Part shown: piece after piece, positions 13,817-24,760 of the stretch
How the letters are laid out: the number at the start of each line of letters is the position of its first letter
Numbering within the stretch: position 1 is the first letter of the stretch
Source of the DNA: Tubiluchus corallicola
Lineage: Eukaryota > Animalia > Priapulida
Assembly: GCA_030141605.1 (NCBI GenBank)
Contig: JAQGDQ010000006.1
Location: 992,001 to 1,056,000, forward strand
Length of the DNA stretch: 64,000 nt
Reading direction: 5' to 3'
The notes under the pieces: generated by a model
What the model saw: only the letters and a program-made list of their open reading frames with translations
Told to the model about the DNA's origin: nothing
The model's database searches: none
Made by a program: the position numbers and the translations under genes

Positions 13817-16800
13817 ATGTCATTTTATATATGGCCACATAGTAACGTAGTGAAACTACAGTGGCTTGAAAAAAATTGTCTAAAAAGATTGAAGTTTTTG
13901 GCGAAACTTCTAAGTTTAGGCGACTTTGAAGGGACAAATTCGGGCACGTGGATAATGAAGGCGCAAGATTTGTTATCACACGAAAGTACAGCGGAATTAT
14001 CTGATTGCTTGATAGAGGGATCCAAGAAAGACATTATTTCGCATTTTGTTCTTCGGTATGTAGATGGTAGAGTAAACTATACAGGAGGTTATACAGTAGA
14101 ATTCCTTGAGGGCTTATATAGGGTGTCTGATACACATATATTAATGCCATAATACAAAAATTATGTTCAGATATACAGAGTCATAAATCTACAAATTAGA
14201 ATATTTAGATTTTTAAATCTGAATTGGGACAATATTGTTCTAAAACATTTTCTTTAATTACTCACTTATTTAGTTTATTGTGTGCATCAGAGAAAGATCT
14301 GACTGATCTTTTCATAGAAGGAGAGAAAAGATTATTTATTCTGCGACTGAGAAATTTTAACAAGGAGGAGCTTTTTACACTTTGTGATGCATCATTAAGA
14401 GAACTTTGTGGTTTGAGCAGCCTTAGAAATACTTCTCATATATCAGATACAATTCGGATGGTTTTTGACGCTGACAGTAAGAAACGTTCTTTACCAAATG
14501 GTAAGTAATTTTTGCAAAAATGTTACAAAAACATTTGTCGGAATTTGTAATAAGTCAGCTACATGAAAATTTTATTATCTTTCTGAAAATGAAATTCAAA
14601 TTCTCAGTGATTTTTAAAAATTTGATTTGAACAGGGCTTATCAAAAGTTTGATGCTGTCAGTGCTCAGTAGTATTCAATGTTCTATCTTTATTGATTGTG
14701 TATTGATTGCTTATTGATTTGTTGACTGTTACCAAGATACAGAAATAGCCTGCAATTGGGAGGATTACTTTTCAGTTTTATAGTATAAAAAATAATGTTT
14801 TGTATACATAATCATAAATGTTAATAATAATTCTAACCTTATACACTTGTCAAATTCATCAATGGGCCAGTGATTAAGGACTTAGCATATAAAATCGTGT
14901 TCAACAATAAAAGTGAGAATGGTATCATAACCATACAGTGCGAAAAAGTAATTTTTCACATTGCAGATAACCATACAGTGAGTAACAAGTAATTTTTTCA
15001 CATTGCAGATAACCATACAGTGAGTAACAAGTAATTTTTTCACATTGCAGTGACAGCAATAGCCGATAAGTTTTGCTTATGCTCAGAATTTCCAGAATTT
15101 TTATAATTATCATTTTCTGTAACTAACTCAAAAATTGTGTTTTGTCATTTTTTGTATTTTTAATCTTAAAATCCCACATTCTTCTACCAATCCAATCTTT
15201 GGCTACTCTCCAAAATGAAGCATCTTTCAGAATTAGAGGTTTCATTGAACTATTTTGCATTTCATTGATATCCATCCATGTCAGTAATAAACCTCCTTTG
15301 AGTTTCTTTGATGGCTGAACTCATGGAAAGCTTTAGTAAGTGGACTATCTTCTGGTAAACTCTAGGCATACGCTAAAAATTTCTTCTGCTAGTTTAAACC
15401 TTTTTGTCCATTTACCTGCTTCTTTCTTTTTAAAAAATGATCTCTTTGTCTGCTTTAATTAAAAACATCTTTGAGAAGCATTAATCTACAATCTGTTTCC
15501 TTTCAAATTCTGTATGGTTGAAAGACGCAAAATTCTGGAAAATCCTTTGTTTATCGCTTCTTGCTGGAGATATTTCTGAACTTTGAGACGGTACACGGTA
15601 CAAGATTTTTCTTCTGAACCTAAGAGACTGTCTAGATATTTGTATTTTTTCAGATACTTCTGTCCTTGTATTTAATATGAAATCTCTGTTTCATTTTCAT
15701 TTAGTTTTTGTTTTTTTTTACCTGAGCTGACACTATTCTACTTGGTTTTTCCTTTGTATTTCTCAAGAAAGAAATGATATCCGCTTACTGTATGCAGTAC
15801 ACACAGTCTTAGTATTCTGTTTTGGTTTATTTTAGGAGAAGAATGGAAATCTTTGCAGTTGGTTTATCAATGGAAAGACATAGTTACAGCATATATGAGG
15901 CAATCAGCACACACTTGCTTTACTTTGCCATTTCATCTGGTACCTGCACTTGTAGCAGAAAGGCAGGCAAAGTTGTACAGGGGTTTTCTGTACGTTTAAA
16001 TTTTTTCAAGTGCAAGATCACATGTTATTCCTCATAGACTGCATCGAGAATTTATATCACTAAACACAAATACAAAAATGAAGAAACGTGTCTGAATATT
16101 TCCGAGTGAACACTGTTGCATTATTTTTCTGATGGTTCTTATTCTTTGTGGCCAAAATGTTTTGAAATGTGCTGTTTCTATAGTGATGTGCCAAAGACCT
16201 GTTTTCATTTGCTTTTTTATTTTAGGTTTGTTCCCTGCCGTGTTTTAGATGTTGCTTTGTCAAGTATTTTCAAGCAGTTATTGTCTGCCGAAATGAGCAG
16301 GATAAAGTCTTATGCCATCTGCACACTTAAAGAAGACCAGAGGATGAAAGATCTTTCTGTCGACGTTTGGGTATGAATATTACTTTTTTAATTAAATAGA
16401 TCACCTTCCAATATTTGGGGTTGATGATATGATGTAATAGTGACTCCATAGTAATTCGCTGCCTAATGTTTATGATTTTCTTTCTTCTAAATTATATTCA
16501 TGAAGTGATAGACTGAAAATATTGAATAAAGAACTTGTAAAATGATTTCCTCGTCATTCAGTCTTTTCACTGCCAGTCATACCATAAGAGATGTTTTGAT
16601 GACATGCGATGCTTATTAGTTTCTTTGTCTGCAGTATGTTTTGCAGTCCTTCTTGCCAAACTAAGCTTTGCACTTGTAATTATATGATTCTAGGGCGCGA
16701 TTATCATCTGATCTTCATCACTCCTTGTTGTCTTTTAATCTTTTCCTTTTGATCCTTCTTTACCCTGCCTGCTTCTCAAGCTGCTTCTATGCAAAAACAT

Positions 16801-19800
16801 AATATCTGGGATGTGATCAAACTCTTCATACTTGGCCAATATGGCACAATAATTATAAGGAACTACATTTAAAAATATGTGTCCATTGGTTTGTTTGCTC
16901 AACAGCCCTTCACTCAGCTAGGCCTCTCTGATACAATAATTGTAATTGTAAGTAAATAATTGCAGAAAACAGTACTTAGTGAAACTGTAGTAGTTCAGTT
17001 AAAGTGATTTGAATGTCTTAGTGGCAGAAAGACACATGGCTGTACAGTAGGTGTCATTATTCATTTGTGGCTTCTGCATAGATTTCATATTGTATTATAT
17101 GTTTTTTAAGCAAGCAAAATTATATGTAGAATTTATTTAGAGTATCATGGCAACATGCATAATTACACTTACAAAGAAACCTTTTGTGGTGCATCAAACA
17201 ACTTGAAGCAAATCCTCAAACTATATAAAATAAGGTGTAGTAGGAGACTGAATCAGCCTTACTTAAATATCTACTAATATCGCAGCTGCACAAAATTTGA
17301 GAATTAATATACATGCATATCACTTTATTGGAAAAGTTTTTACAAGAGCCACATTATTTCAAAATTATAAATATGAACTGTGCATCTTTCATAGATTATT
17401 GTGTGACGTAATACTATATATGACTAAGTGCGAGAAGCATCTAGAGACCTCAAAGCAGCAAAATAATGATGTAGATCACAAAAATATCACATTATCTTAA
17501 GGCAAAGTCAAATCAAATTTTGCAACATTTCTAAATTGGGCTAATTGCATTTCTGTCAAGTAAAAAACAGGTCTAAATAAAACAGCTTGAAAATGTTTTT
17601 TTCTTTGCCTAGGGGTTAAGAAAAACAGGTTAGGTATTTTTAAATATGATGACTTTCAAACTTTTGTTCCTATCTGCCAAGGTACAATAATTAAAACATA
17701 TCAAGCTCAATGTGTAAATGTAACAAGGTTTTGCTTGCTGTAATTTTGTATTTTCTTTAATATTAGCAGTTAACTTCTATAATATGGTCTTGCTTGTGCT
17801 TCCATCTGTATTAACAGTGCCACGAAGAATTCTCACTTTTCAAATTAAGGATTAACAACTAAACAGAATCCTGACCGAGGGTGATTGCGACTTGGGAATT
17901 GTAAAAATTAGAAGGTTGAGATATAATTATAATTATATGATCCATTGTTTGTGTCTGTGAAAGTTTCCAGCCTTTGATGCATTTTTTCACTCAGGCCTGG
18001 ATACAAATATGTGTTTCTTCAGCCGAATGTAAGTAATGCCTAGTTTAGAACATTTAGTAAAAAGTCCTTGTAAACAAAAAAATGTAGTGTTCGCAGGTAT
18101 ATAAGAAGCAGAAAACATAAAATCTAAATGTTAATTAATTAAAAGAAATTCAAAACAAAATTACCTGCATGGACTGTTTCATGCTAGAGCTGTGTTTGGA
18201 AATCTGATATTCAGCACTTGTCTCATTTTTCTGTTTCTTTCTGGAAACAAGTGTGGTTTGCAATTTGCCACATGTATGTGTAGCATATTTTTTGCCCTCC
18301 TCTTAAGATCTGTGTTTTATTGAGATCTTTCTATATAACGACATCACCTGCTGAGAAGTGCCTTTCATTTTAGTAGCGTACAAATCTACGGGCTTATTGT
18401 ATTATAAAATGAATTATTTTTATAGGAATAGTTTTCCATTCATGCCTGCAGGCACAGCCTGCAGGTGGGTAGCTAATTAGTTTTAGGCACAATGTCGCTG
18501 TTTGACTCTGATATGTTTTGGATGTTGTTATACTAGTATGCGTTTTACTTTATGATAAGCAATGTTCTGTTTTCCTAGCACTTTCCCGGGATGCATTCAG
18601 GTTACGTTTGTCTATTTGATATTTTATTTTCTAGCTTAAAAATAATTTTATTTCATCTCAAAAACTAATTGTTTTCACTCAGTTTGTCACAACAGTCAGT
18701 GTTTCTTTTCAAGACTCAGGAACTTTTTGTTGTTTACTTTTTGACGTAAATTATTGATTTCTATGTTCATTTTTTTCTGTTTTATGTTCCTATTATATGA
18801 AAACTGGAAATTTATTTCAAGCTTTATGTGTCCTTTCTGAAATGATTTATATTAAAATTTTCAGTCATATTTTTATTCAGAGCTGCTAAATTTATGCAGA
18901 CGTGAGTTTGCTATTAACACCTCTTTGAAACAATCTTTACATTTCAGTATGATTAATTTTATCCGTTGTGTTGCAGGCATGGCTGAAATTGTTTGCAAAA
19001 GGCATCAATTTGGAAACGAGGCCAATTCAACACCTCATTGAGATTCATCACAATGAAATTGATTTTTTGCTACTTGCTTTTCCTCCATGCATGTCACACT
19101 TGCATCAACAACTAAGAACTAAACATCGTCTTGGGCATCACGCACGGGTAAGTACAAAAATTCTTTTTTGAATCGTATCAGAGCATTATATTTTTTATGC
19201 ACTTCAGCACACTGCAAGCCAGAATCTAGTATTCAAAGGTAGGGCTTACTCAATGAAATGTTTGTGGCATGACTAGACCAGAACTCTTTGTCAAAGATAT
19301 CCCTTGAAGTCATTTAAATCAGCAGAGGTGTCTTAACCATGTTACCGCCCTGAGCAAGTATCGAGCTCATATCGGCCACTCGCATAAAGTGCATACACTT
19401 ATCCGTTCAGCCACTCAGCATGACTGTGGCGTTGAATCAATGTGGTTCAGTGCTGCGCTAGGGCAATTGTGAAAATCTTGTAGGAATGAGAAATTTACAC
19501 TCAGTTGTGTTTTTTATGTTTAGTAATTCTTTCGTATGTGCTTAGTCCTGCTACAAGCCTTTGGAATTAATCAGTATGTCCCTTTAGTAGACAAAGAACT
19601 GTCTAAGTCCAATTAGGGAATTGTGCATTGCGATATTTGTTATCAATAGTATGTATCTAGAACTTAAAATAATGAGACACATTTCTTGATGAAACCGGTT
19701 TAGTTTGTAACTTAAATTTGTGATTCTGGCTCTCAGGAATCTGCTTCCATTTATTCAGCCTGCTTCATACTGTGGCTAAAAATTAACGTGTGAATATTAA

Positions 19801-21023
19801 TAGTGGTTAATTTGATTTTCTTTCAGATTCAGTATACCCTGTTTCTTAAAGAGATTGGCCTTAGTTGTGAGCAAGCCTTACATTTCTGGCAGTCTGAATA
19901 TTCCAGGCCTGAATTAACTGATCTTGCATGCAGTCATAGCTGGAAACCTGATAAAGTTCGTTACACTTACAACATTAAGCACTTGTATGGTTTGGAAGGT
20001 TCTAGAACAAACTACAGAGCTCACTGTTGTTCTGCAATACAGGTACATTTGCTGATGTTTATGAAGTGCTGTACAGAAACACGTCTCTTAGAACAAATGC
20101 TAACATCATACTGTTTGCATGCTCAGAGTTTTTAACATTTATTTGCCATCCGTAATTTGTTAAGAGATATTGTCTTTTGGAGATATGATTTTAGAGATCA
20201 TGAATATGTATAATTCTGAATATTTATGTACAGTGACGCTTTTTTACACTACTGCCACTGTATCATAAGTTTTTATTACACATAATCATAAATTTTTATT
20301 ACACATAATCATAAATTTTTATTACACATAATTAAGCAATTCCTTTAAGTTTAAGCTCGGTGGCCTTGCTTAAATTTTCTTATTTATTTTTTTTAGGATG
20401 AAATTCTCTCATGTGGGGATGAGGGGGGTTGCCCCTTCGTACATTTTGACATATCGTACTTGTGCAGTCTTTTTTGTGAGCTCAAAGAATTGAAACGACA
20501 AAGAATAATTGACTTGGTAGCAGCTGACTTGCCACTGTCAGCTTGTCAGCTACTCTTCCAGTATAAGCTTAAAAGACTGGTGATGTCAATTAAACAGAAA
20601 ATAAATGCACGTATTTCTGAAAACACGTTATGTGATAGTGACAGTGATATTGTCAAGTTTTTGAGATATGTTACTAAAATGGTGTCACAGACAGAAGTGT
20701 TGGGTGATCGGGTGACTTATAAATCACCTGCCAGGAATTTAATGAAGAGATCAGGTGATTCATCAGACGAGTCTCATGTTTGCAAAAAAGTATTCTGTGA
20801 ACGACAGAAACAAGGGCAGAAAACAGAAGACAGCACCGTAAAAGATATAGAAGATATATCGTTCTGGACCTGTCCAGATCATGACTGTTGTGTGATGCGA
20901 AAAGACCAATTATCAGCATCTATGAATGGTGCTGAAATGGTTCAAACGTTTTTCTTTAAAAAGCCATCACAGTATTATTTTCAGCTTATAACCGAACTTA
21001 AAAGCTTTCCATTCAACTGTTGA
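13817..21023 (+). CDS. PRIM2-like: DNA primase large subunit-like protein (divergent PRIM2/PriL homologue), 7 exons, ~592 aa
   Basis: Exons 13817-14055, 14274-14500, 15836-15989, 16226-16370, 18977-19147, 19827-20042, 20397-21023; all GT..AG, phase-consistent, 1779 nt. PriL motifs: MSFY..[128 protein letters not shown]. Confidence 0.9.
14927..15050. repeat. Intronic minisatellite, 3 x ~41 bp
   Basis: ataaccatacagtg...aagtaattttt(t)cacattgcag recurs at about 14927, 14967 and 15009. Confidence 0.9.
20270..20332. repeat. Short tandem repeat, ~23-bp unit, ~2.7 copies
   Basis: tttttattacacataatcataaa repeated in intron 6 of the primase-like gene. Confidence 0.85.
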
Positions 21024-21482
21024 ATTTATTCTACCAATATTCTATTTTTTGAAGAACTTTGCCGAGTTCATAGGTGTGCTCATGCTTTAAAATGTAGATA
21101 GATATGTTTATAATGAGCCACTGTTTATTGCAGAGCTTGTCGCTTTTGCTGTTATTTTCTCCTTAGAAACTACTGGACACAATCTTGGTAGCTAAGCTGA
21201 ATATCTAAACTGAAATCTCCCTGGAGGAGCTTATAGAAATCAGTGATCACATTAAGAGTGTTCTGTCTTGTCTCACAGAACTGTAAACAAGGTAATTTTC
21301 CTTGGCTTTGCCATGACCTGAATTATAGAAATAATATTTGTAATAAATATTTACTCATTTCTGGTTTTGTAGGATTTGTGCCAGGAATTCAATTAATAAA
21401 GAAGTCATAATATGCATAGTGCATCATAACTGATGTAGACTAAGTGAAGAATGGTGTCGTTATTAATATCAGAAAAACAGGT

Positions 21483-21613
21483 TAGAAATGAGATATGTCC
21501 AACTGAGAAGGACAGGAGATCACTAATAAGGTAGAAATGAGAAATGTCCAACTGAGAAGGACAGGAGATCACTAATAAGGTAGAAATGAGAAATGTCCCA
21601 CTGAGAAGGACAG
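21483..21613. repeat. Minisatellite, 49-bp unit, ~2.7 copies
   Basis: tagaaatgaga(t/a)atgtccaactgagaaggacaggagatcactaataagg at 21483, 21532 and 21581. Confidence 0.9.
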
Positions 21614-22340
21614 AAAGTCAGTGACTACTGACTAGTTAAAAATGACAAATGTTTCGCCAGGAAGGAGAGGTATGAATAACAACTGCATAAGCAATTTCCA
21701 TTTTTGTGAAATGTGTTGATAAAAGTGTGAAATGTTCCATATGGATGTGACTTGCGAAACAGTGATTGAATAGCTACAATCTGTCCACTGATCACTTTTA
21801 TATATTTGGCATTGCAAACTTGGTAAGCAGCATTCCATAGCAGGCCCACTTAATGTACATGGTTGTGGTAACTTCATTATCTTTTGTCGAAGGCTGAGAT
21901 GTTGATCTACCAGCTAGTTTCGTATACAATGCTTCTTCAACAAGATAAATAGTCAGGGCTGTTATGGCTGCTCGTGTTTTACTGATGATCACCCTTCTCA
22001 CCAGCTTTGTTGAAGCTTAAATTCAACTCTAAGAGCACACAGTGACCTTTTTGCTATTGTTATTAGCCCAAATTCTTGTATTTCATTTATAATTTTCTTT
22101 TGGTACATTAAAGGCATTCATTCCATTGACTATAAATATGCCTTCTGCTAAGTGCAAATAAGATCAGACACTTTCTAAGAACACATGCAAAAAGATTTGT
22201 TCGTACAATGAAGAACATGGGCTTCTATTTAAGAATTTTGTTATTAACACATGAATGCTTAGTGGAGTGCTTTGGGGGGTGATTTGAGATTTTAGCAAAT
22301 ATTTCTTGTTAATATCATCAAGTAAATTAACAGTTCAGAG

Positions 22341-23943
22341 TTAACTCAAAATTTTATGTGGGACAGATTTATATCCAAGTCGTTTCAATACATCACTACA
22401 TCTCTTTTCAACAATCTTTGCATGTCTCTGTTTCATAACGTTTTTCCACTGTATGGCGGTTGCTGTGGAATTTTTCCTAAAAGTATTCTGCAAGGTCTGT
22501 ACTCTTTTCATTTTCGATGTCTTTTCATTAGTGTTGTTTTCTATAAACTGCAAAACACGAGTATGCATTTTGAGCTTCAAAAATCTGAATATTGCAATTG
22601 CTTCCTCTTTAGTATTAATGGCAAGCTCTTCGTACTTTATTCTATAGTATCTATCAGGATGCTGTACTTTCAGCGCATCACCTGCTATGATGTCGTTTAG
22701 CATTGAATCACAGAGTATTGTAGCTTTTTCATGAAGGTCAGTCACATCATAGATGTCATACTGATACCATGAAAATAGCATTGCACGTGGGTCACGCACC
22801 AAATGTAGTATTGTCAGATCATTATCACCATCTTTTACTAGAGGTACTAGGGCTTCTATAGGCATTCGTATAGTTTTTATTAACATATTTGTGTAAATGT
22901 GACAGGTATCTGTAAATAACTGTTTTCTACCAGCTTGCGATGAATATTTTTGAGAAGCTTTTTGAAATTGCTGTGATTCTATGCACTTCTGTCTTCCATT
23001 TTTAGTTCTGGTGTCAATTTCCTTACATGCATATCGCATAAGATTTCTGGTGAGAGACTTGGCCTTGTAGGAATGCTCTTCATTCTCTGATGGCGTTATT
23101 AGTTTACAACTTATTATGTCTTTTATCATCTTAGTTTTCAGGCTAAAGATATCTTTTTGAGTCCGAGACGTGTTCATGTTTGCACAAAAATTAAAGCCAT
23201 TTGATAACTGATCGATATCTAGGTGATTAAAACAGCCTGACAGTGGTTCATAAACGTACATCATGTCAGGTGTGGAGCTGATCAATTCCCCGGTGAAAGA
23301 AGAACCTGATCTGTAACGTGTGCTTAAAATAATCGCTCTTTTTCTTGCATCCTTTTCACGTGTTTCATTGAAAAGTTTTGTGTCTTGAAAGATGCTACGA
23401 AAGCGAATCTCCTCTAAATAAAAAAGGGAAAAGAAAAATTTGTAGTTTCCAGATCTATGAAAAGAACATTAGGGCATATTCTTTCACTAAAGACATTTCG
23501 AAAACCTATTTTTAACGCGTTGTGAAAGTAAACCTGTACCTTTTTATTTTGGCTACTATATAAAAAGTTTCTTTCTGGCTTGTGCAAAGATTTGCGTCAC
23601 AGTAATGACATTTCCTTGAAATTTTGAGTATCAAGTTTAATGGTATTGCCATAAAAATCTGCCATCAACATTAAGCTAATAGACATTATAGACTTTACTC
23701 TCACTACTACATTCAGACTCTAGTAAACTAGGAAAAGTGCTTTTTCATTTCTGCGAAATAGAATTCTGACCGCCCTGTTTGATTCAAAACCTTAAATCTA
23801 GATATGTGCTCTAAAAATAGGATAAACGACAACCCGACTTTGACCTAATTATATACGTTAGACAACATCAAAAACTGACCCATTAAGTAGAACGTAAGAA
23901 TCCCGCACGTTGTCACTGTAGCTATCAGTGAGTGAGTGCTCAT
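22341..23943 (-). CDS. Carbohydrate (Gal/GlcNAc-6-O) sulfotransferase, CHST1-7 family, type II Golgi membrane protein, 2 coding exons, ~378 aa
   Basis: Exon 23880-23943 (MSTHSLIATVTTCGILTFYLM, hydrophobic anchor; donor G|GTCAGT) splices in phase 1 to 22341-23413 (acceptor ttttatttag). 5'-PSB motif IILSTRYRSGSSFTGEL..YVYEP, 3'-PB motif ILHLVRDPRAMLFS, later RIKYEELA and QWK..C..VLKRLGY. Confidence 0.9.
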
Positions 23944-24219
23944 ACCAGATTTGTTGAGCAACTGCAAGAAAAAACATAATAACATTGGTTTTATATAACA
24001 TTTAAATAATAATTTACACATTTCATTAGTTAACATTTCTATGCCGCGGTACAATTACGTTAATACACATTAATACATATAAAACTACAATGAATTACGT
24101 TTCATTGGATTACCCCATTCAGGTAGCTACTCTCACAATAATACTGTAACATACTATTGAGGTTAGATCTACCTGCGTCGTTGTTGTTGGTCGAGGTGAC
24201 TCACCCAAATGGGGGATGA

Positions 24220-24760
24220 CCTTTTCGAAAAGCTCAAGGCTCTGCCAGTTTGCAACGGATCATCACGAAACCTTATAGAATTATACTAGAACGAATTCCG
24301 CAATGACTGACGAATCGTATCAATCCATCGTTTTGAATTCAACATAGTGGCGATGACATTTTCTAAAAAAAGCTTAAGGCTCCGCCATGAAACTTTATAG
24401 GAATATACTAGAAACAAAACACGCCACCAAGTTAAATTAACAATTAATTATAGCTATTAATGATATTACGCTATTTCCATTAATGATGGAGTAAGATTTT
24501 GATTTGTCATACGGCAGAATAACATCGTTTTCGAAATAAGGCCAATTGGGCCTCAAAAGCTGACAACATAAACAACTGTAGTGTACACTACATCATATTA
24601 CACACTACACTGTGATATACATCAGTAACACGCTGTTTTGACAAATCACTGACTAGTAGTTGAAAAGAAAGACTTGCATCATTTTCAAAAACAAAACAAG
24701 GCTCCATCAATGCGCATCGGATCATCACAAGACTATAGAATATACTGAAAATTCAGCAAA
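24220..24760. repeat. Three diverged copies of a ~55-70-bp motif, probably a decayed MITE or satellite
   Basis: tttc.aaaa..aaggctc.gcca..ggatcatcac..tatagaa.tatact.gaa near 24223, 24360 and 24682. Confidence 0.55.

Noticed and set aside
15822-16037. 71-aa ORF as listed in the ORF track
   Set aside because: Wrong frame; the real exon (15836-15989) reads [29 protein letters not shown].
14927-21613. Short direct repeats (41-, 23- and 49-bp units) as a possible CRISPR-like array
   Set aside because: Units are contiguous with no unique spacers, the context is eukaryotic introns and UTRs, and there are no cas genes.
21625-22001. Overlapping short minus-strand ORFs downstream of CHST
   Set aside because: No motifs or splice support; the region is the expected 3' UTR.
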